This document shows, piece by piece, positions 26,819 to 32,000 of a stretch of DNA of 32,000 nt. The position numbers and the translations under genes were made by a program. Position 1 is the first letter of the stretch; every line of letters starts with the position of its first letter. Under the pieces are notes generated by a model. It was not told the origin of the DNA, did no database searches, and saw only the letters and a list, made by a program, of their open reading frames with translations. This DNA comes from Idiomarina loihiensis L2TR (GTDB lineage: Bacteria > Pseudomonadota > Gammaproteobacteria > Enterobacterales > Alteromonadaceae). The stretch is from contig NC_006512.1 of the NCBI RefSeq assembly GCF_000008465.1, positions 1,830,001-1,862,000 on the forward strand, written 5' to 3'.

Positions 26819-28183
26819 CTAGCGTCCGGGGAACATTCCTGGTGGCATCTTTCCGCCCATGCCGCGCATCATTTTCTGCATGCCGCCACCTTTCATTTTT
26901 TTCATCATTTTTTGCATTTGAGTAAACTGTTTAAGCAACTTGTTCACGTCCTGCACCTGAGTACCTGAACCGGTTGCTATACGGCGCTTACGCGAGCCCT
27001 TTATTACGTCGGGTCGTAGCCGTTCTTTAGGAGTCATGGAGTTGATAATGGCTTCCATGCGCAAGGTCATTTTGTCATCCATCTGACCTTTCATTTGTTC
27101 TGTCATTTTACCCATGCCCGGCATTTTGGTCATTAATCCCATCATGCCGCCCATTTCACGCATCTGTACGAGCTGATCACGAAAATCCTCCAGTGAGAAC
27201 TGGCCTTTTTTCATGACTTTTTTCGCCACTCGCTCCGCTTTTTCTTTATCGACTTTTTGTTCGACTTCCTCAATCAGAGAAAGCATATCGCCCATGCCAA
27301 GAATTCTGGAGGCTACGCGGTCAGGATGAAACGGCTCCAGCGCATCGTTTTTCTCACCAACACCCAGGAATTTAATAGGCTTACCGGTAATATGGCGAAT
27401 AGACAGAGCCGCACCACCACGAGCATCACCATCGGTCTTCGTCAGAATAACACCCGTTAAAGGCAAAGCCTCGCTAAATGCTTTGGCGGTATTTGCCGCG
27501 TCCTGACCCGTCATCGCGTCAACGACAAACAGGGTTTCAACCGGATTGATGGCTGAGTGCAGTTGCTGAATTTCCTGCATCATGTCTTCGTCAATAGCGA
27601 GACGACCGGCGGTATCCACTAATACCACATCAATAAACTGCTTACGTGCCTGGGCAATAGCAGCATTAGCAATATCAACTGGTTTTTGATCAGTTGAAGA
27701 CGGGAAGAACTCAACGCCTACCTGCTCGGCAAGAGTTTCCAGCTGTTTAATAGCGGCCGGACGATAAACGTCGGCACTGACCACCATGACTTTTTTCTTC
27801 TGGCGCTCAGTTAAATATTTAGCCAGTTTGCCCACACTGGTGGTTTTACCCGCACCCTGCAAACCTGCCATCAAAATAACAGCTGGCGGCTGGGTATTTA
27901 ATTGCAGAGGTGCATTCGCCTCACCCATTGCCGCTTCCAGCTCAGACTGGACAATTTTGACAAAAACCTGACCCGGCGTCAGGCTTTTGTTGACCTCTGT
28001 ACCTACGGCCCGTTCTTTAACTTTAGCAATAAAGTCTTTTACCACAGGCAAGGCAACATCGGCTTCAAGCAGCGCCATGCGAACTTCGCGCAAGGTTTCT
28101 TTAATATTGTCTTCGGTCAGTCGCCCCCGGCCACCAATAGAATGCAGCGTTTGCGACAAGCGTTCCGATAAATTCTCAAACAT
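26819..28183 (-). CDS. ffh: Signal recognition particle protein Ffh
   Basis: MFENLSERLSQTL at the N-terminus. The NG-domain GTPase motifs are GLQGAGKTT, DTAGR and TKTDGD. The M domain is Met-rich (MGGMMGLMTKMPGMGKM). Confidence 0.97.
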   Translation of the reverse strand: MFENLSERLSQTLHSIGGRGRLTEDNIKETLREVRMALLEADVALPVVKDFIAKVKERAVGTEVNKSLTPGQVFVKIVQSELEAAMGEANAPLQLNTQPPAVILMAGLQGAGKTTSVGKLAKYLTERQKKKVMVVSADVYRPAAIKQLETLAEQVGVEFFPSSTDQKPVDIANAAIAQARKQFIDVVLVDTAGRLAIDEDMMQEIQQLHSAINPVETLFVVDAMTGQDAANTAKAFSEALPLTGVILTKTDGDARGGAALSIRHITGKPIKFLGVGEKNDALEPFHPDRVASRILGMGDMLSLIEEVEQKVDKEKAERVAKKVMKKGQFSLEDFRDQLVQMREMGGMMGLMTKMPGMGKMTEQMKGQMDDKMTLRMEAIINSMTPKERLRPDVIKGSRKRRIATGSGTQVQDVNKLLKQFTQMQKMMKKMKGGGMQKMMRGMGGKMPPGMFPGR

Positions 28184-28271
28184 GTCGATCGTCTCTTATA
28201 TTGCGATTTCTGACGTTAATAGTAATGGGGGCAGTATATCTGATTTGCAAGAAAGTTTCGCCCCGTAAGTA

Positions 28272-28300
28272 TTGGGTTTAACCGACTGACGTCGTATACT
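28272..28300 (+). promoter_or_regulatory. Candidate sigma-70 promoter for ypjD-yfjD
   Basis: TTGGGT (28272..28277), 17-nt spacer, TATACT (28295..28300), about 40 nt upstream of the ypjD start. This is prediction by eye only. Confidence 0.3.
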
Positions 28301-28340
28301 CAGGGCACGAACAACAGGAATCAGGGAAGTCGGGCGCGTG

Positions 28341-29135
28341 ATGCTCTCTTTATTGTTGCTAATCAGCTTATTGGGTTACAGTGCCAGCGCTTTTGTTATT
28401 CTACAAAATATCTTAAAAAACAAAGTGCTTCACCCAGCTTATCAGATTGTACCAGCCGCTTTGGCGGTTGCTGCGCATGGCTGGCTCATTTTAATACAAC
28501 TTTCCAACGATGATTTCGATCACATTAATATCTCATCCAGTCTGGCTATTGTGGCTTTTCTGATAGCCGCTTTAACCGTAGTGAAAAATAACCAGGCCAG
28601 TAACTTATTCCTGAAGCCGGTTATTTATCTGTTTTCTGCGCTTACCACACTGTTACTTGTGTTCACTCCGGTTAACTGGGGTGCTGACATCAGCATCGGA
28701 CATGGGTTAGTTTTTCACATTACCTTGTCACTGGTCGCCTATGGAATATTGGCCTTAGCCACACTTTACGCGTTACAAACCAGTTATTTAAACCGTGTAT
28801 TAAAAAACCGCAAAGGTCATAGTCTGCTGAGCAAACTGCCACCATTAATGACTGTCGAAAAATACTTCTTTAATCTTCTGGCGCTGGGGACTTTTGTACT
28901 GTTTCTCGCTCTGGGCTCGGGCTTTCTTTTCCTCGATGACATGCTTGCTCAACAGCAAGCACACAAAACCATTTTAACCAGCGTCGCAGCTCTGCTTTAT
29001 CTCTTGGCCGTGGTTTTGCACCGGACGTCAGGCTTACGTGGCCGCATTATTGTGGTCATTACCGTACTTGCCAGCACCCTATTAACCTTAGGATATTTTG
29101 GCAGTCGGTTCGTGAAAGATTTTCTCTTATCCTGA
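28341..29135 (+). CDS. ypjD: Inner membrane protein YpjD (cytochrome c assembly / CcsA-like family)
   Basis: A polytopic membrane protein that matches E. coli YpjD (LYALQ..Y...LKN.K, PPLMTVEK, LTLGYFGSRFV). It is divergent from ffh and followed by yfjD, as in E. coli. GTG 28338 is an alternative start. Confidence 0.8.
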   Translation: MLSLLLLISLLGYSASAFVILQNILKNKVLHPAYQIVPAALAVAAHGWLILIQLSNDDFDHINISSSLAIVAFLIAALTVVKNNQASNLFLKPVIYLFSALTTLLLVFTPVNWGADISIGHGLVFHITLSLVAYGILALATLYALQTSYLNRVLKNRKGHSLLSKLPPLMTVEKYFFNLLALGTFVLFLALGSGFLFLDDMLAQQQAHKTILTSVAALLYLLAVVLHRTSGLRGRIIVVITVLASTLLTLGYFGSRFVKDFLLS

Positions 29136-29203
29136 ATGACACTTGACTTCATAGCTGAGAACTCTACATTGTCACATTCACAGTATAATTAAGGAATAAA
29201 CCG

Positions 29204-30502
29204 TTGGACGAGATATCAACGGGCATGTTGCTCGTGATTTTAGCCGTACTGTTATTTTTATCCGCATACTTCTCTGGCTCCGAAACTGGCATGATGTCTA
29301 TCAACCGGTACCGTCTGCGCCATCTGGTACAAAACAATCATCCCGGAGCTAAGCGTGTCCAGTACCTGCTTGATCGTCCCGATCGGTTAATTGGTCTTAT
29401 CCTTATTGGCAATAATCTGGTCAACATTGGTGCATCGGCTATCGCAACTATCCTTTGTCTGCGCTGGTTCGGTGACGCTGGAATTGTTATCGCTACTTTT
29501 GGTTTAACCTTAATTATTCTGATTTTTTCTGAAGTTACGCCGAAAACCATTGCAGCACTGCATCCGGAGCGTATTTCTTTTCCCAGCTCCTTAATTTTAA
29601 TGCCTTTGCTAAAGGTCATGTACCCTATCGTTATTGGTATGAACTTCATCACCAATTCTTTTATGCGCCTGCTGGGAGTTAACCCCAAGCAGTCACAAAT
29701 GGCTGATGCGTTAAGCTCCGACGAGCTGCGTACAGTAGTAAATGAAGCAGGGAATTTAATTCCGACTTCGCACCAGGAAATGCTGGTCAGCATTCTGGAC
29801 CTCGAGAAAGTTACGGTAGAAGACGTCATGGTGCCCCGTAATGAAATCGTTGGCATCGATATTAGTGACGACTGGAAGTCTATTGTTAAGCAACTCTCAA
29901 ATGGTCAACACACCCGCGTACTGCTTTATCGTAATGAAATAGATGACGCTATCGGCTTTTTGCATGCACGCGATATCATGCGCCTGATGAGTAAAAATCA
30001 GTTTACTGCGGATAAGTCCATTTTAGTGCGTGCTGCGCGGGACAGTTATTTTATTCCCGAAGGCACACCATTAAATGTGCAGCTACTAAAATTCCAGCGT
30101 CGTAAAGAACGCATCGGACTGGTTGTCGACGAATACGGCGACATTCAGGGACTCGTTACTCTGGAAGATATTCTGGAAGAAATTGTTGGTGACTTCACGA
30201 CTTCTATGGCGCCGGCTCCCAGCGAATCTGTCACACTGGAAACTGACGGCAGCTTTTTAGTCGACGGCTCAGCTAACTTGCGTGAATTGAACAAAGAAAT
30301 GAATTGGGATTTTCCGACTGATGGTCCAAAAACCTTAAGCGGCCTTATTATTGAACAGTTCGGAGATATTCCTGATGCCCGGTTGTCGCTGCGTTTAGGC
30401 GGTTATCCGGTAGAGCTTGTTGAAATTGGTGACACCATGATAAAACAAATTAGAGTGTTTCCTGAGCTCTACCAAAAACCCGATAACCAGACCAATGACT
30501 AA
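29204..30502 (+). CDS. yfjD: CNNM/HlyC-CorC family membrane protein (DUF21 + CBS pair + CorC_HlyC domain)
   Basis: The product matches E. coli YfjD along its length (SAYFSGSETGMM, NRYRLRH, DRLI..ILIGNNLVN, EYGDIQGLVTLEDILEEIVGDFTTSM). The TTG start at 29204 is supported by an AAGGA 8 nt upstream and by N-terminal correspondence (MDEISTG vs MEHISTT). Confidence 0.88.
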   Translation: MDEISTGMLLVILAVLLFLSAYFSGSETGMMSINRYRLRHLVQNNHPGAKRVQYLLDRPDRLIGLILIGNNLVNIGASAIATILCLRWFGDAGIVIATFGLTLIILIFSEVTPKTIAALHPERISFPSSLILMPLLKVMYPIVIGMNFITNSFMRLLGVNPKQSQMADALSSDELRTVVNEAGNLIPTSHQEMLVSILDLEKVTVEDVMVPRNEIVGIDISDDWKSIVKQLSNGQHTRVLLYRNEIDDAIGFLHARDIMRLMSKNQFTADKSILVRAARDSYFIPEGTPLNVQLLKFQRRKERIGLVVDEYGDIQGLVTLEDILEEIVGDFTTSMAPAPSESVTLETDGSFLVDGSANLRELNKEMNWDFPTDGPKTLSGLIIEQFGDIPDARLSLRLGGYPVELVEIGDTMIKQIRVFPELYQKPDNQTND

Positions 30503-31137
30503 CCGAAAAATAAACGCCATAGCCAGCCGTGCTTTAAATCTTCCTCACACTTATTCAATTGCGCGGCGTATGTCATAGAGCGGCTTTTTACAACCCTGGA
30601 TACTTTTACCAGCCAGGGTTTCTTTAAATAAGACTTGCGCTGATAGCCACCCCAGCCTTCATGATAGTTAAGATATTGTCCGTAAGCATCCCATTTAGAT
30701 ACCCCATTAATTTTATAGGTTTTTGCTATAAACCAACCCATAAAATCAATTGCATCTTCAAAGTCATCGCGACTGGCCCAACCGTTACCCGTTTCACGCT
30801 GGTAATCTTCCCAGGTCATCGTTTTCGCCTGCGAGTAACCGTAAGCCGAACTCACCCGACCCCATGGAATAAAACCTAAAAGGTAGTCTCTGGGCGGCAA
30901 AGCATTATGCTTGAAGGAACTCTCCTGATACATCATCGCCATTGGCACATGAATAGGCACGCCCCAGCGTTCACGCACATCGGCGGCCGCATGATACCAG
31001 TCTCGGTGTTCTTCAAAAATATGACAGACATTTTCAGGGTTTGCCGGCGGTGGCGTTGCACAACCACTGAGCGTCGCTACGAACAAAGCACTTACCAGTA
31101 CTTTCGGTTGAATAGGAAAAAAAAGTTTTATCGCCAT
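30499..31137 (-). CDS. Lipoprotein with a lytic-transglycosylase (SLT)-like domain
   Basis: Signal peptide with lipobox LSGC. MMYQESSF resembles the catalytic Glu-Ser motif of SLT-family enzymes, and AYGYSQ follows downstream. The family assignment is from motif memory only. Confidence 0.6.
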   Translation of the reverse strand: MAIKLFFPIQPKVLVSALFVATLSGCATPPPANPENVCHIFEEHRDWYHAAADVRERWGVPIHVPMAMMYQESSFKHNALPPRDYLLGFIPWGRVSSAYGYSQAKTMTWEDYQRETGNGWASRDDFEDAIDFMGWFIAKTYKINGVSKWDAYGQYLNYHEGWGGYQRKSYLKKPWLVKVSRVVKSRSMTYAAQLNKCEEDLKHGWLWRLFFG

Positions 31138-31138
31138 T

Positions 31139-31165
31139 GAACTTTATTCACTCGTTAAACTCTCA
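31139..31165 (+). promoter_or_regulatory. Sigma-E (RpoE)-type promoter candidate
   Basis: GAACTT (31139..31144), 16-nt spacer, TCTCA (31161..31165), preceded by an A-rich tract (31117..31124). Compare E. coli rpoH P3 and degP, which read GAACTT-N16-TCTGA. Confidence 0.5.
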
Positions 31166-31171
31166 GTAATT

Positions 31172-31258
31172 GAACACATGTTGTAGCTGATAAATGCATT
31201 CATGTTCATCCCCTGAACGTTTTATTGAACGCAGTCCAAATTTGGGCTGCGTTTTTTT
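31172..31258 (+). ncRNA. Candidate Hfq-type small RNA, MicA-like
   Basis: There is no protein gene on this strand. The predicted ~87-nt transcript has a 5' single-stranded region, a hairpin GUUCA-UCCCC-UGAAC (31204..31218), a UUUAUU linker, and a GC-rich terminator hairpin (31230..31251) with U7 (31252..31258). GCAUUCAUGUUCAUCCCCUGAA resembles E. coli MicA GCAUUUGUUAUCAUCAUCCCUGAA. It is convergent with the gshA 3' end, as micA is in E. coli. The 5' end is estimated from the promoter. Confidence 0.5.
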
Positions 31259-31265
31259 ATGTTTA

Positions 31266-32000
31266 TCAGTCAGCTACCTGGCCAGAGCGTTCCGCCTGTT
31301 TGAAATAATTTGCCAGAAACGTATCAAAGTCAACGTTATTGTCTTGCTGATAACGTTCTTCAAACGCTTGCTCTGATTCGGCCGCCCATTTAACAAAGTC
31401 ATCTTGTTTGTAGTAACTGAGCGGCTCATTTTTCAATTGCTCACGGTATTGCTTAGCCAACTGCATACCCAAATTACTGTTATCGCGGTCTTCTTCTTTG
31501 AGCAATCGTAAAATTTGGCCCGATAACGTACTTTCCGGATTTAATACCCACTCGTACAAATCCGCTAAATGATTCTGATACACTTTATTGCCTGAACTGT
31601 TATCCAGTGCTTTAGCAATTGAAGAGAAATCTGCAAACAGTTCTTCCAGCCAGTCAGCCATTAGGCGGTCAATGCCGTTTTGCTGCAAGCTTAGGCGCGG
31701 ATCACGCCCCTGCATAACCACTTTAGTAAAGTTCTTATCGGCTTGCTGCTGCTGTTCCCAGCTCATTTCTTCGCTTGGCTGTAATAAACAATGCAGAAGC
31801 ATTAAGTCCAGAAAGTGCATTTGTTGTGCTGTGATACCAACATCGCTAAACGGGTTCACGTCCAGCGCGCGAATTTCGACATATTCTACTCCGCCCCGCT
31901 CTAGAGCCTGGCTTGGCGTTTCACCATCGCGTGCTGTCTGTTTAGGACGAATTGGCGAGTAAAATTCATTCTCTATCTGCAGAATATTATCGTTAAGCTG
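31266..32000 (-). CDS. gshA: Glutamate-cysteine ligase, C-terminal part (gene runs off the window end)
   Basis: The frame is open from 32000 down to the stop at 31266. The translation QLNDNILQIENEFYSPIRPKQTARDGETPSQALERGGVEYVEIRALDVNPFSDVGI matches E. coli GshA ([51 protein letters not shown]). The 'M' at 31859 in the track is an internal GTG (Val). Confidence 0.93.
   Translation of the reverse strand, partial: QLNDNILQIENEFYSPIRPKQTARDGETPSQALERGGVEYVEIRALDVNPFSDVGITAQQMHFLDLMLLHCLLQPSEEMSWEQQQQADKNFTKVVMQGRDPRLSLQQNGIDRLMADWLEELFADFSSIAKALDNSSGNKVYQNHLADLYEWVLNPESTLSGQILRLLKEEDRDNSNLGMQLAKQYREQLKNEPLSYYKQDDFVKWAAESEQAFEERYQQDNNVDFDTFLANYFKQAERSGQVAD

Noticed and set aside
31194-31376. 60-aa + strand ORF (MHSCSSPERF...) in the lipoprotein-gshA gap.
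   Set aside because: It runs straight through an intrinsic terminator and then antisense into gshA. It has no Shine-Dalgarno and a low-complexity product. The region is better explained as a small RNA plus terminator.
31588-31962. 124-aa + strand ORF antisense to gshA. Similar antisense ORFs lie inside fumA (6047..6454, 6935..7396), the large amidohydrolase gene (19315..20352), ffh (27257..28268), yfjD (29338..29856) and yciH (13527..13832).
   Set aside because: All lie inside strongly supported genes on the opposite strand, have compositionally odd products (Cys/Ser/Arg-rich) and lack translation signals. They are typical shadow ORFs.

Overview
This window looks like ordinary core chromosome of a marine-type gammaproteobacterium: ZipA is present, SMC is used rather than MukB, and several blocks share gene order with E. 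coli. It is densely packed with about 31 intact protein genes. I saw no tRNA or rRNA genes, CRISPR array, transposase, integrase, phage genes or recognisable defence or toxin genes, so I cannot support a novel mobile or defence system here.

Gene order:
- zipA' (partial), smc, cysZ, rmuC, class I fumarase
- pabB-nudL-sdaA, then cysB
- a signalling cluster: sensor-less histidine kinase, membrane coiled-coil protein, yciH, an HsbR/CrsR-type REC-PP2C-kinase protein, a STAS antagonist and a tandem-REC protein
- two secreted amidohydrolase-superfamily genes
- cytochrome c', cytochrome b561 and an orphan CheY-like regulator
- tyrA and a J-domain protein
- the ffh / rpsP-rimM-trmD-rplS block
- ypjD-yfjD, an SLT-like lipoprotein and gshA' (partial)

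Observations most worth follow-up:
1. An unannotated small RNA candidate at about 31172..31258 (+). It has a sigma-E-type promoter, MicA-like sequence and architecture, and sits convergent with gshA exactly as micA does in E. coli.
2. The partner-switching signalling cluster at 12073..16736, which includes a sensor-less kinase and a receiver protein whose first domain has Ser in place of the phospho-acceptor Asp.
3. A translationally coupled pair of secreted amidohydrolase-fold proteins. Two of the three amidohydrolase modules have lost the HxH metal motif.
4. A terminator-like hairpin that every rpsP operon transcript must cross.
5. A class I fumarase gene whose stop codon overlaps the rmuC start codon.

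All homology statements rest on my reading of the translated ORFs and remembered family motifs. No database search was run.
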